The notes under the pieces were generated by a model. The model ran no database searches. It was not told the origin of the DNA and was given only the letters and a program-made list of their open reading frames with translations. The position numbers and the translations under genes are program-made. Below are positions 9,223 to 19,300 of a DNA stretch of 64,000 nt, in pieces. Origin of the DNA: a virus (lineage: Duplodnaviria > Caudoviricetes). Position 1 is the first letter of the stretch, and each line of letters begins with the position of its first letter. Location: IMG/VR virus record IMGVR_UViG_2929656146_000003, positions 1-64,000 of that record; one strand, written 5' to 3'.

Positions 9223-10094
9223 TGCGCGTACTCCTCACCGGGAGCGCCGGGTTCATCGGCCGACACCTCCACCGCGCCCTCGACGAACGTGGCCACCACA
9301 TAACGACCTGCGACCTGCGCGCCGCGCACATCGGCGATGCCCTCGACTTCTTCCGCCGCGACCGCACACCCTACGACCTCGCCATCCACTGCGCCGCCAT
9401 CGTCGGCGGCCGAGCAAGCATCGACGGCAGTCCCCTCGGCGTCGGCACCAACCTCGCCCTCGACGCCTGGTTCATGCGCTGGCTCCTCGCCTCCAAGACC
9501 CGCCGCGCCATCTACTACTCCAGCAGCGCCGCCTACCCCGTCGACCTCCAAGGGGAGGACTCCGGGCACCGGCTCCGTGAGGACGACATCGACCTCACTG
9601 CGCCCCGCCGACCGGACGCCACCTACGGGCTCGCCAAGTTGACCGGCGAGCAGCTTGTGCCGTACGTCGAGGCGGAGGGCTGCCGTGTCCACGTGCTGCG
9701 CCCCATGTCCGGGTACGGCGCCGACCAGGCCCTCGACTACCCGTTCCCCAGCTTCATCGCCCGCGCCCGCCGCCGAGAGGATCCCTTCGAGATCTGGGGC
9801 ACCGGCCGGCAGGTCCGCGACTGGGTCCACGTGGACGACGTCGTCGGCGCCACCCTCGCGGCGATCGACCAGGACGTCCAGGGGCCGGTCAACATCGGCA
9901 CCGGACGTGCTACGTCCTTCAACGAGCTCGCCGAGATGGTCTGCTCGCAGGCCGGCTACAAGCCCGAGCTGCGCCACCGCCTCGACGCCCCTGACGGCGT
10001 CCAGTACCGGGTCGCCGACCCCACCAAGCTGCTGTCCTTCTACGCCCCCAAGATCAGCCTGGAGGAGGGAATCCACGGTGCCCTCGCCACGTGA
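9222..10094 (+). CDS. NAD-dependent nucleotide-sugar epimerase/dehydratase (extended SDR)
   Basis: 'TGSAGFIG', 'YYSSSAAY', catalytic 'YGLAK', 'RDWVHVDD'. Confidence 0.92.
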   Translation: MRVLLTGSAGFIGRHLHRALDERGHHITTCDLRAAHIGDALDFFRRDRTPYDLAIHCAAIVGGRASIDGSPLGVGTNLALDAWFMRWLLASKTRRAIYYSSSAAYPVDLQGEDSGHRLREDDIDLTAPRRPDATYGLAKLTGEQLVPYVEAEGCRVHVLRPMSGYGADQALDYPFPSFIARARRREDPFEIWGTGRQVRDWVHVDDVVGATLAAIDQDVQGPVNIGTGRATSFNELAEMVCSQAGYKPELRHRLDAPDGVQYRVADPTKLLSFYAPKISLEEGIHGALAT

Positions 10095-10686
10095 CCCTGG
10101 CATCACCGTTGTCGTGCCCACGCACCCCGCACGGTTGGCCAACGGAATGACCAAGCGGGCTGTCGGCTCGATCCTCGGCCAGTCCCTTGCACCCGCCGCT
10201 CTGGTTGTTGAGGTCGACAGGGACCGCAGCGGAGCGGCAGCCACCCGCAACCGCGGCCTGATGAAGGCCACCACCGAGTGGGTGGCGTTCCTCGACAGCG
10301 ACGACCAGATGAAGGGCAACCACCTCGCCGAGCTGTACACGTGGGCGTACGCCACCGACGCCGACTACGTATACAGCTGGTACGAACCTGTCGGTTTCGG
10401 CTTCGACCCGCTGCCGCACTTCGGCAAGGCCTTCGACCCCGAGCAGCCTACGCAGACCACCATCACCACTCTGGTGCGCACCGAGCTCGCTCAGGCCGTG
10501 GGGTTCCGGGAGCCCCCGCCCGGCGCCACGATCGGAGGCGAACGGTACGGCGAGGACTTCCAGTTCACCGTCGAGTGTCTCCAGGCCGGGGCGCAGATCG
10601 TCCACCTGCCCAAGCGGACCTGGCTGTGGAACTGCCACGGCGGCAACAGCAGCGGTCAGCCCGACCGCGGCGACGCGAGGACCTGA
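10078..10686 (+). CDS. Glycosyltransferase, GT2-like
   Basis: 'ITVVVPTH', 'GAAATRNRGL', 'WVAFLDSDD', 'GEDFQF'; GTG at 10078 after GGAGGAGG. Confidence 0.88.
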   Translation: MPSPRDPGITVVVPTHPARLANGMTKRAVGSILGQSLAPAALVVEVDRDRSGAAATRNRGLMKATTEWVAFLDSDDQMKGNHLAELYTWAYATDADYVYSWYEPVGFGFDPLPHFGKAFDPEQPTQTTITTLVRTELAQAVGFREPPPGATIGGERYGEDFQFTVECLQAGAQIVHLPKRTWLWNCHGGNSSGQPDRGDART

Positions 10687-10908
10687 CTACCGCTCTGTCC
10701 CTGCCGGATCCGTGTGTTCGTACGGCCACGCAGCCGGCGCCTCGTCGGCGGCGGCATTCTTCTCGCGCTCGGCCTGCAGCTCGCGGGTGCGATCAGCCAG
10801 CGCCGCCCGCAACTGCGCGATGGCGAGCGTCTGGTCGGCGTGCATGGCCTGGTACTCGCGGAGTACGGCTTCGAGGGACACGGTCTGCTGCGGGGCGGGG
10901 CTGGACAC
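10687..10908 (-). CDS. Small coiled-coil protein at the end of the tail operon
   Basis: AGGAG RBS; follows the tail gene. Confidence 0.65.
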   Translation of the reverse strand: MSSPAPQQTVSLEAVLREYQAMHADQTLAIAQLRAALADRTRELQAEREKNAAADEAPAAWPYEHTDPAGTER

Positions 10909-10916
10909 AGGGGCTC

Positions 10917-11681
10917 CTATACGCCGAGGGCTTCGATCATGATGTAGCGGTAGTCATACGTGCCGGTACCCGAGTTGACCATGTGATACGGCGTCACGGT
11001 CAGAGTGTCACCCGGGGTGAGGCCGGTGATGCGGCGGACAATGGTGCCGGTGGCGTTGTTCGTGCCGGTGACGCCGATGGCACCGGTCAGGGTCTCCGTG
11101 AACGCGGTGCCGCCAGCGGTGCCGACCGCGCGGAACGAACTGAAAGTGTTGCCGGTCGAGCTGTTGCGCTGCAGCGTCACAAGGGTGACCCGGACCTTGC
11201 CGGACGGTGGGACCGTGAGCGTGCACGTCATCGACCCAGCCACGGTGGTCAGGCTGGTGCTGGTGGTGGTGCGGGTGGTGGTGTCCTCCGCAATGTTGCT
11301 GGTCAGGCTGCTGATGGTGCCGCTGGCAGTGATGTTGCCTGACACGCTGAGAGTCGAGTTCAGGGTGACGGCGCCCGTGACGGACAGGGTGGAGCCGAGG
11401 GTAAGGCCGACGAGGAAGCTGGCGCCCTCGGCCGGGATTTGCTTCCACGAGCCGGAGGCGGGTGCGCTGCCGTTGGAGACGTAGAGGCGCCCGGTGTCGG
11501 ACTCACGGATGCACAGGCCCGCCCACACACTGCTCGGCCTGGTGCTGCTGGTGCAGTCCCGGTAGTTGGCGTTGAGGTCGAGCTTGTCCAGGTTGTTGAG
11601 CAGGTCCGTCACGACGTTGACCAGCTCAGACCCGTCAGAGGCGGGCTTGTACAGGCCGAGGCGGGGCGTGGTCGTCGACAT
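10917..11681 (-). CDS. Minor tail / tail fibre-like protein
   Basis: 'MSTTTPRLGLYKP' N-terminus typical of actinophage minor tail proteins; S/T-rich beta repeats. Confidence 0.8.
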   Translation of the reverse strand: MSTTTPRLGLYKPASDGSELVNVVTDLLNNLDKLDLNANYRDCTSSTRPSSVWAGLCIRESDTGRLYVSNGSAPASGSWKQIPAEGASFLVGLTLGSTLSVTGAVTLNSTLSVSGNITASGTISSLTSNIAEDTTTRTTTSTSLTTVAGSMTCTLTVPPSGKVRVTLVTLQRNSSTGNTFSSFRAVGTAGGTAFTETLTGAIGVTGTNNATGTIVRRITGLTPGDTLTVTPYHMVNSGTGTYDYRYIMIEALGV

Positions 11682-12163
11682 CAGACTCTCCTCGGTGCGG
11701 CGGGGGGCATGTGGCCGTGAGCCGGGACGGTGCCGGCCAGCATGGCCTGGATCTCAGCTAGCCGTCCGGGGGCGTGCTGGTGACTGCGGATCGGCGCGAG
11801 CGGGTCAGGTGTGCTCTTGCCCGCCGGGGCCTTGATTCCTGTGATGCGGCGCCGAGCCTTGACCGCGGCGATGCGGGCCAAGTGCGCGGTTTTGGCCTCG
11901 CCCGTCGTCCTGGCCGCAGCGAGGGTCACAGGTTCGGCCAGTGCTTCTGCGGGGGTGATGTGCGGCTCGTGGAGGATTATGTCGAGGAGGGTCTCGGTGT
12001 CGTCCGGGTCGATGCCGTATTCGGCGGCGCGCCACAGCAAGGTGTCGGTCGGGAAGGCGTGCTGGTGCCGTTCCCCGGCCTGGCTGGTCGTGACCACGAC
12101 CCAGAAGGTGCCGCCCGTGCTGCTTGTTGCCTGGTAGGTCTCGGTGATGGCGAATACGTCCAT
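11681..12163 (-). CDS. Tail-associated hypothetical protein (possible fibre chaperone)
   Basis: Coupled position between tail genes. Confidence 0.65.
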   Translation of the reverse strand: MDVFAITETYQATSSTGGTFWVVVTTSQAGERHQHAFPTDTLLWRAAEYGIDPDDTETLLDIILHEPHITPAEALAEPVTLAAARTTGEAKTAHLARIAAVKARRRITGIKAPAGKSTPDPLAPIRSHQHAPGRLAEIQAMLAGTVPAHGHMPPAAPRRV

Positions 12164-12166
12164 GGT

Positions 12167-15097
12167 TTACCTGAATGTCATGTAGGCGATGCTGGTTGGG
12201 CCAGTGGCAAATTCGGTGGAAAGCGTGAATCCGGTGGCCGAGAAAGCGGTGACCTGCCAGCGGCAGAGGGTTCCGTTCCCGTCGTAGTAGGTTGCGAGCG
12301 GGAGGCAGGTGGTGGCCATGGTCGGGCCGTAGGTGATTGAGTGTCCGCCGGCTCCGGAGGTGAAATCGATTTTGTCGAAGATGAGGCCCTGGCTGGATGA
12401 CACAGCCCCGAATTGCAGTCGGCCGTACAGGGTGGCTCGTGCGTCTGCTGAGGCGTGAAACCAATACCCGTTCGTGACTCCGCTGGACCAGCCGACGCTG
12501 TCGCCGTTGAAGTATCCGTAGCCGGTACCCGCGTTGCCGTAAATCTGGTTGGAGTAGGCGCCGATCGCCGCTGCGGTGGTGTCGTGGTGGAGTGATGCGG
12601 CATCTACGGTCGAGGCGACGTAGCTGCCGCCTTCGTAGCCTGCGGCCCAACCGTTGTCGTCCATGATTTCCCAGACGTATCTGGTGAATCCGTCTGCCGA
12701 ATATCGGCCGAAGTCGACGCGGTCCTCGGCGAGTTTCATCAGGCTGACGCGTCCGTTTGTGTGGGTGCCGGACTGCATGCCGATGTTGGCCATTGAGCCG
12801 GTTCCCCAGGCATTGATGTAGCCGAAGTCAGTGCCGTCGACGTTGTAGAGCCGGATGACGGCCTCGCCGCTGTTGCTCGGGTTGACGACGATGCGGCGGC
12901 CTGAGCTGGCGGTGGCGAGTTCACCGACGATGGTGATGTTGCCGGTAGCCGCCTCGGCGTAGAGAGTGCGGGTGCCTCCGGCGTTGTAGGTGCTGATGCC
13001 GCTCGCGCTGAGCTCGACTCGGGCACCGGTGTCGGCGGTCTTGATGCGGGCGCCGACGATCCAGTCTGCTGTGATTGTGCCGGCGGTGACTTTGGTGACG
13101 GTCAGGTCGGAGATGTGGGCGTCGTCGATGAGGAGGGCCGTGGCGCTCGCCGCGGTTGACGGTGCGCTCTTGTTTCCTGCGATGTCGACCGCCACGACCC
13201 GGACGTAGCGGGTGGAGACCTCCTCGACCGAGACGGTCGTGACGACGGGGATCTGCGCTTGGATCATGCCGGAGGTCGCGGAGACCTTGCCCTTGAGGGT
13301 CGTCGTGCTCGGTGTGAAGTTGGGCTCGTACTCGACATGGACCTCCAGGTGGTGGAGGTCCGATTCGAGGTTGTAGGTGCCGCCCGTGGCCTTGCCCAGC
13401 GTGTGCGTGACCTGCAGTGCGATCCTGGACCCAGCGACCGATGGAGCGGCTGGCGTGCTGGGCGGGATGTTGTCGGAGGTGGCGGTGAACGTTGTTGTCG
13501 ACGACCAGGCGCCCGCGTTGCCGGCCTTGTCGACCGCACGGATCTGAACGTCGTACCCGATGCCGGGAGACAGGTCCTGCAGCTGCACCGAGCCGGTGCC
13601 CCACGCGACGTAGACGATCTCCCACTGCCCGGTGGGGGCGGCGAACGGCTGCCTCCACTGCTGCAGGTCCTGCCAGCGGACGACGGACAGCTGCGCCCAG
13701 GTCGCGGGGTAGATGAGGTCGGTGTCGACGGCGTACCGGATCTCGAAGTGGTCGCCGTCCAGCACGGTGGAGCCGTCGGTGTTGTTGGGGGCGTTCCACG
13801 AGACGATCACCCTGCTGCGGGTGAAACCCCGGTTGTCCAGGTACGCGGCCCCGCTGAACGGGGTGACGAAGACCGGCACGCCGGGGATCGACGTGTCCGC
13901 GGTCGGCCGAGAACCGACCGGTTCCGTGCTGGAGTTGGCGAGCTGGCGGGCGAAGTCCCCGACCACGACGGTGGTGGCGCCTTGCTGCTCCCACGCCACA
14001 TAGTCGGTGAGGTCGGTCCACGTGCCGTCCGCGGCCCGGTAGGCGACAGTGTGTCCGTCAATCACGGGCCAAGTGGCCTCGGTGACCTGGAGCTTGAGCG
14101 GGTTCAGGCGCTGCCCGCGAAACGTGATCTCGTTCGACGTGTCGAGCAGCCCTTTGTCGGGGTCGTACGCCCACACGTAGTCGCCCGGGCTGAAGCTGCC
14201 GTCGATGTCGTAGTCGAGGGTGGAGAGGGTCAGTCCTCGTTGCGGGCTGACGAACTGCGACAGGGCCAGCTGGGCCCGAACCGACGCGTTGCTCTGCGAG
14301 GTGCCGGACTCGGACACCATCCGCGTGAGCCTGACCGTGTTCCCGTGGATGTCCTTGTACGGGTTGAATGCCGGGTTGATGTCCGCCGAGCCGGTCGAGA
14401 TCGAAGCGCCCTCGCCCTGCGCGAGAAGGATCACGCGTGTCGTGAAATCGTCCAGATCCTCCTGGTAGTTGAGCTGGCCGGGCAGCGCGCGCAGGCTCAT
14501 GTCCTGGCCGGCGCCGCGCCGCACGATCGCGCACTCCGGAACCGTGGTGAACAGGTTGCTCTCCGGGCCCGCGTCGAGGGTGCCGGTCCCGTTCACCCGC
14601 CAGCTGACGGGCACGGACGTAGTAGACATGGTGGTGCACACGTACTGGATGGCCCTGCGGGGGGTCTCCCACTGGTGGGTGCCGGTGTACGTGCCCGCGA
14701 CCGAGTAGAGGGTGCCCTCCGTGACGGCCCCGGAGGCCGGCAGCAGGCCGCGGATCGTGTTGGCGAACGACGCGGACGCGAAGGGCGTGCTGTTCTCCAG
14801 CACGCTGCCCTTGTCGTCCTCATCACCCAACCAGGCGGCCATGCCGACGCCGCCGACGGTGACCTTGTCACCGACCGCCTTCGTGCGGCCGTCGTCCGCC
14901 AAGGTCTTGGTGCGCACCACGCCGACGTACTTGGCCGCGGCCAGGAGGTTGTCGCCCGCGGTGCGGACGTCGACCCGGCCGGGCACGATCGCCACGTGCC
15001 CGAACTCGACGAGGGCGTCGAGGACATCGCGGGGTGTGGCCGGCTTGAGGTCGATCTGCCAGCGGCCGAGTGCGGTGAGGACATCAGTTACCGGCAT
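12167..15097 (-). CDS. Large minor tail (tail tip / central fibre) protein with FN3-like domain
   Basis: 'DLSPGIGYDVQIRAVDKAGNAGAWS' FN3-type; 'ISDLTVTKVTAGTIT' fibre motif. Confidence 0.85.
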   Translation of the reverse strand: MPVTDVLTALGRWQIDLKPATPRDVLDALVEFGHVAIVPGRVDVRTAGDNLLAAAKYVGVVRTKTLADDGRTKAVGDKVTVGGVGMAAWLGDEDDKGSVLENSTPFASASFANTIRGLLPASGAVTEGTLYSVAGTYTGTHQWETPRRAIQYVCTTMSTTSVPVSWRVNGTGTLDAGPESNLFTTVPECAIVRRGAGQDMSLRALPGQLNYQEDLDDFTTRVILLAQGEGASISTGSADINPAFNPYKDIHGNTVRLTRMVSESGTSQSNASVRAQLALSQFVSPQRGLTLSTLDYDIDGSFSPGDYVWAYDPDKGLLDTSNEITFRGQRLNPLKLQVTEATWPVIDGHTVAYRAADGTWTDLTDYVAWEQQGATTVVVGDFARQLANSSTEPVGSRPTADTSIPGVPVFVTPFSGAAYLDNRGFTRSRVIVSWNAPNNTDGSTVLDGDHFEIRYAVDTDLIYPATWAQLSVVRWQDLQQWRQPFAAPTGQWEIVYVAWGTGSVQLQDLSPGIGYDVQIRAVDKAGNAGAWSSTTTFTATSDNIPPSTPAAPSVAGSRIALQVTHTLGKATGGTYNLESDLHHLEVHVEYEPNFTPSTTTLKGKVSATSGMIQAQIPVVTTVSVEEVSTRYVRVVAVDIAGNKSAPSTAASATALLIDDAHISDLTVTKVTAGTITADWIVGARIKTADTGARVELSASGISTYNAGGTRTLYAEAATGNITIVGELATASSGRRIVVNPSNSGEAVIRLYNVDGTDFGYINAWGTGSMANIGMQSGTHTNGRVSLMKLAEDRVDFGRYSADGFTRYVWEIMDDNGWAAGYEGGSYVASTVDAASLHHDTTAAAIGAYSNQIYGNAGTGYGYFNGDSVGWSSGVTNGYWFHASADARATLYGRLQFGAVSSSQGLIFDKIDFTSGAGGHSITYGPTMATTCLPLATYYDGNGTLCRWQVTAFSATGFTLSTEFATGPTSIAYMTFR

Positions 15098-15101
15098 CGG
15101 A

Positions 15102-16319
15102 TCAGCGCCTCACTACGTAGGTGCTCTCGGCGAGGGCGCCGATGTACTGATTCCGGAGGTCGGTTGCGGCGTCCCCCGCGACTGCGGATCCTCCGCCCGC
15201 GACGATCCCGAGCCAGAAGTCGAGCGTCGCAGTGGAGGTCTTGCTGACTCCGAGGTTGGCGTGCGCGCTGAAGCTGCGCGCCGACCCGGCCGCAGCCCGG
15301 TTCCCGTCACTGTCATTGCCGGTCGCGACGACGTACCCGGACGCTGCGACGCTGGTGTTGGTCTCCGAGGTGCGCAGGTACACGGCGAGCGTGGATGAGG
15401 AGCCGGACTGCAGGTAGCCCTCGACGATGCGGGACCCGCGGCGCAGGGTGAGGTCGAGGGTTGCCCGGCCGGGGGAGCGGGGCGCGGTCAGACGCAGGAT
15501 GCACTGCTCGGGGTCGTTGCGAAGGATCGTTGCGGTGTCCCAAGCGGCGACGTTGGCGCCGCCGACTGTGATGTTCCACTGCTTGGAGTGCCAGGCGCCG
15601 CCCGTGTAGGACTGCACGTCGATCACGCCGGCCGACGCGGTGGGGGTCACGTTGACGAGGGCGTTGCCCAGGGTCCAGCCACCGGCGGGGAGGGGCTGGG
15701 CGGTGCCCTCGATCTCGAAGCCGGCGCCGGACGCGGCGACGGTGTCGTTGATGCGGACCCGGCCGGTGAGGTAGGCGGTGGGGTCGCATCCCCAGCGGGG
15801 GCTCGCGCCGGTGGGGATGCCGCGGTAGACGGTCATGGTCCCGTCGGCGCCGGTGCGGGTCATGGTGGAGGGGCTGGTGGCGCCGGTGTAGTAGGTGGTG
15901 TGGCCGATGGGCGGGGCGTGCCAGGTTTCGCCGGTGAGGGCGAAGTCGTTCGCGCGGACCACGCCGGTGAGCCTGCTCTGCAGGTCGATCTCGCCGACTG
16001 CACCGAGGCGTTCGAGGCTGGCTTTCCAGGTGGAGGTGACGACGTCGTTGACGTACTCCCGCAGCGCTGCGCTGCTCCCCTTCACCGCGTAGTAGCCGTT
16101 GCGTTCCGGCTTGTCCGTCCAGGTCACCGCTACGACGCTGCCCTGGTCCAGGGAGAGGATGTTGTCGTGCCGGGCGACCAACACCGGCCTGGTGAGGGGC
16201 GGCGTGGATTCCTGGCCGTCCAGGTCGAGGGTGCGCATGTCGCCCGCGGTCTCGGTGACAGTGAACGTCTCCCGGAGCTGGGTGCGGCCGAGCTGCAGGG
16301 TGCCCCAGGTGTCGGCCAT
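15102..16319 (-). CDS. Minor tail (distal tail-like) protein
   Basis: Directly after tape measure; beta-rich. Confidence 0.75.
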   Translation of the reverse strand: MADTWGTLQLGRTQLRETFTVTETAGDMRTLDLDGQESTPPLTRPVLVARHDNILSLDQGSVVAVTWTDKPERNGYYAVKGSSAALREYVNDVVTSTWKASLERLGAVGEIDLQSRLTGVVRANDFALTGETWHAPPIGHTTYYTGATSPSTMTRTGADGTMTVYRGIPTGASPRWGCDPTAYLTGRVRINDTVAASGAGFEIEGTAQPLPAGGWTLGNALVNVTPTASAGVIDVQSYTGGAWHSKQWNITVGGANVAAWDTATILRNDPEQCILRLTAPRSPGRATLDLTLRRGSRIVEGYLQSGSSSTLAVYLRTSETNTSVAASGYVVATGNDSDGNRAAAGSARSFSAHANLGVSKTSTATLDFWLGIVAGGGSAVAGDAATDLRNQYIGALAESTYVVRR

Positions 16320-19300
16320 CAGCGGGCCCTTCCTCGGTCGTAGTCGCGCAGCGCGTCCTTGATCTCGATGACGAGGGCGTCGGCGACGCGACGCCGGTCA
16401 GCGGCCGACGACATGTCGAAGGATCCAGTGATGTTGATGTTCTGGATGGTGATGCTCCCAGCCGGAGTCTGGACTGAGGGCACGGCGGGCGCTGCCGCGG
16501 GTGCGGCGACACCGCCGGCCTGCGGGGCGGAGAATCCTGCGGGGGCCAGAGCCTGCGTGGAGGCAGAGATCTGAGGGCCGGTGAGGACTCCGAGAGAGGT
16601 GCCGCCGATCTGCGTGGTGATGCCCTGGAGGAGGGACTGGAGGGCGGGCACGCGTCCGGAGATGCCCGACATAAGGCCGTCCATCAGTAGGCCACCAGCG
16701 GGGCGCAGCAGCTTGGCGTCCCTCTCTGGGGGCCCCTTCTTGATGGGGATCATGTCGGTGATGCTGCCGAGCAAGTTGGTCAGGCCGCTGATCTTTGACT
16801 TGATGCCGTCGATCAGGCCGCTGATGACCTGCTTGCCTGCGTTGAGGAGCAGGCTGCCGAGGTCGCCGATGGCGTCGAGGATGTGGCCGGGCAGGTCGCT
16901 GAAAAAGTCGGTGATGTCGGAGCGGTGATCGCGGAGCCAGTTGACGCCCGCGCGGATCGCCCGGCCGAACACTTCGATGAGCTTCTGGTCGAGGCTGATG
17001 ATCGCGTCGAAGATCTTGCCGGGCAGCTCGATGAACAGCCTGATTGCCTCGTTGATCATTCCCTTGACGAGCTCCTTGGCGCTCTCGAAGGCGCCGTGGA
17101 AGTCGCCCTGCAGCAAGGCTGTGATCACGTGGATGGCGGGGACCACGATGTTCTGGATGTACGCGGCCAGCTCACCCGCCAGGATCGACGCAAGCTGACC
17201 GATCGTCTGGATGATCGGCAGGAGCACGGGCATCAGGGCACCGAGGAGCGGGCCGATCAGCTGGGCGAGAGCGACGAGGAGCGGGGCCAGTGCGGTCACC
17301 ACGGAGAGCAACGCGGTCGACAGCTCGTTGATCGCGGGCTGCAGTGCAGTCAGGAGCTGCGCGAAAACTGGCAGCACCGCAGTGATGATCTCAGTGAAGA
17401 CCGCCATGAGTGGCGGCATCACCTGTGTGACCAGCGCGGTAAAGATCGGCAGGAGGGCGGAGCCGACGGTGCTGGCGATCTGCGCGAAGATCGGCGCGAG
17501 CCCCTGGATGGCCAGCGTCAGCGCGTTGATCATCGGGGTGAGGATCGGCAACGCCGCGGCGATCAGCTGGCCGAGCAACGTGATCACAGGGGCGAGAGCG
17601 ACAGCAAGCGCGGACACGGCCTGAGCCGCTGCCGTCAGCACCGGACCAAGCGCGCTGGTGATCGACGAAAGCGCCGGCCCGAGCGCACGGAGAAGTGCGT
17701 TGAAGCCGGGTTCCAACGCCTGGACTACCGGGCCGAGTGCCATCAGGGCCTGCCCCAGGAGCGGCACCACGGTCCCTGCGATCTGGTTCAGGATGCGGAA
17801 GAGTGAGGTGAGTCCGGCTTGCATCTCCGGCGAACCGGTGATCCGCCGCAGCTCTGCGAACGCCGCGCCAAGAGCACCGAGCGCGTCCCCGCCTGCGGCT
17901 CCGGCTGCCTTGAGGATGTTCCCGACTGTGCCGCCGATGTCGAAGATCAACTTGCCGAACTGCTTCGCGACCTCCATCGCCTGATTGATCGCCTCAGTGA
18001 GACGTCCCGACTTGAACGCCTCGTTAAGGCGCGTCGAGAATGCGGTCGCAGTCTCTCCGATCGCCGACGTAATCCTCTGAAACGCGGGACCCGCCGCCGC
18101 CGTCAGCGTCGTGAACATGCTGATCAGGTCGCCCGGGGCCTTCTGCAGCGGCTTCAAGCCCTCGTTGACGCTGGCGAACGCGGCCTTCAGGGCGCCGATC
18201 TTGCTGAGCTTGTCAACCGCGTCCAGCGCATTGAGGCCCATCTGGTTCAGTACCCCGGCGGTACCCACCATCCCGGCCCGCAGGTCAGGCAGGACCTGAT
18301 GAGCCACTGAAGTGAGCTTGGCGCCGAACCCCTCGAACAGCTGCTGCTGCACGTCCAGCTTGAGCGCGTTCCACGCCGGCGCCAGGGCCTTGACGGCCTC
18401 GACGAACTCCCGCGCGCTCGGCGCCAGCTTGGCCATCGCATCCGCGTACGCGTTTGCCCCGGCAGCACCCGCAGCAGTCTGCTTCGTCTGAGCGTCGGCC
18501 AGCTCCTCCTGTGCCCTGGCCAGCTCCTCCTGGGCCTTGGCGATCCGCTGATTGCCCTCCACCGCCGCATCGACAGCGGCCTGCCGGGCATCCGCGAGAT
18601 CACGCTCCGACCGGGCGATGTCCTGCTGGTTCTCCTGCTGTGTGCGAGCAGCCTCGGTCTGCGCGTCGCCGAGCTCCTGCGTTGCATCAGTGGTGTCCTG
18701 CGTGGCCTGCGTCACCTGCTCCTGCGCAGACCGGACACCGTCACTGCCCTCAACTCCGGCCGCGGCGGCCTGCCGCTGCTCATCCGCGAGCCGACTGTTT
18801 TCCAGCCGCTGCTCCTGCAGCGACTGCACGGCCTGGTCGTACGCGAGTTGGGCGCGCTCTATCTGGTCTGCGGTGGCGCCGGAGCCCTCACGCTTGACGC
18901 TGGCAAGCGCCGCCTCGGCATCGGCGACCTGAATGACGTCTTCACGTTCCTGTAGCCGGCCATCCGCCACTCGGTTGGCGAGGTCTTCCAGATCCTGCGC
19001 GGCCTGGCGGCGGGCAGCGTCCAGGTCCTGTTGCGCGCGCAGTGCCTTGGCCTGTGCGTCGGTGAGGCGGCGTTCGGCCGTCTCGACGTCTCGCAGGGCC
19101 TTGGCGGAGCGGTCGGCGGCCTGTTGCCGGGTGTTCGCGAGGGCCTGTTCGGCGTCACCGACATCCCTGTTGGCCTTGGCGACGCGTCGGGCGGCTTCCT
19201 CTGTGGCCTGCGCGACGTTCTGCTTGGCGTCCGCGACCTGACGCTCGGCGCCCCGGATGGCCTTGGCCATCTCGGCGGCGCCCCCGCCACCTCCACCCCC

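Noticed and set aside
5536-10686. DNA hypermodification (glycosylated base) pathway as the main interpretation
   Set aside because: No hydroxymethylase, TET/JBP dioxygenase, nucleotide kinase or phage DNA polymerase recognised, and the cluster sits with late genes; not fully excluded
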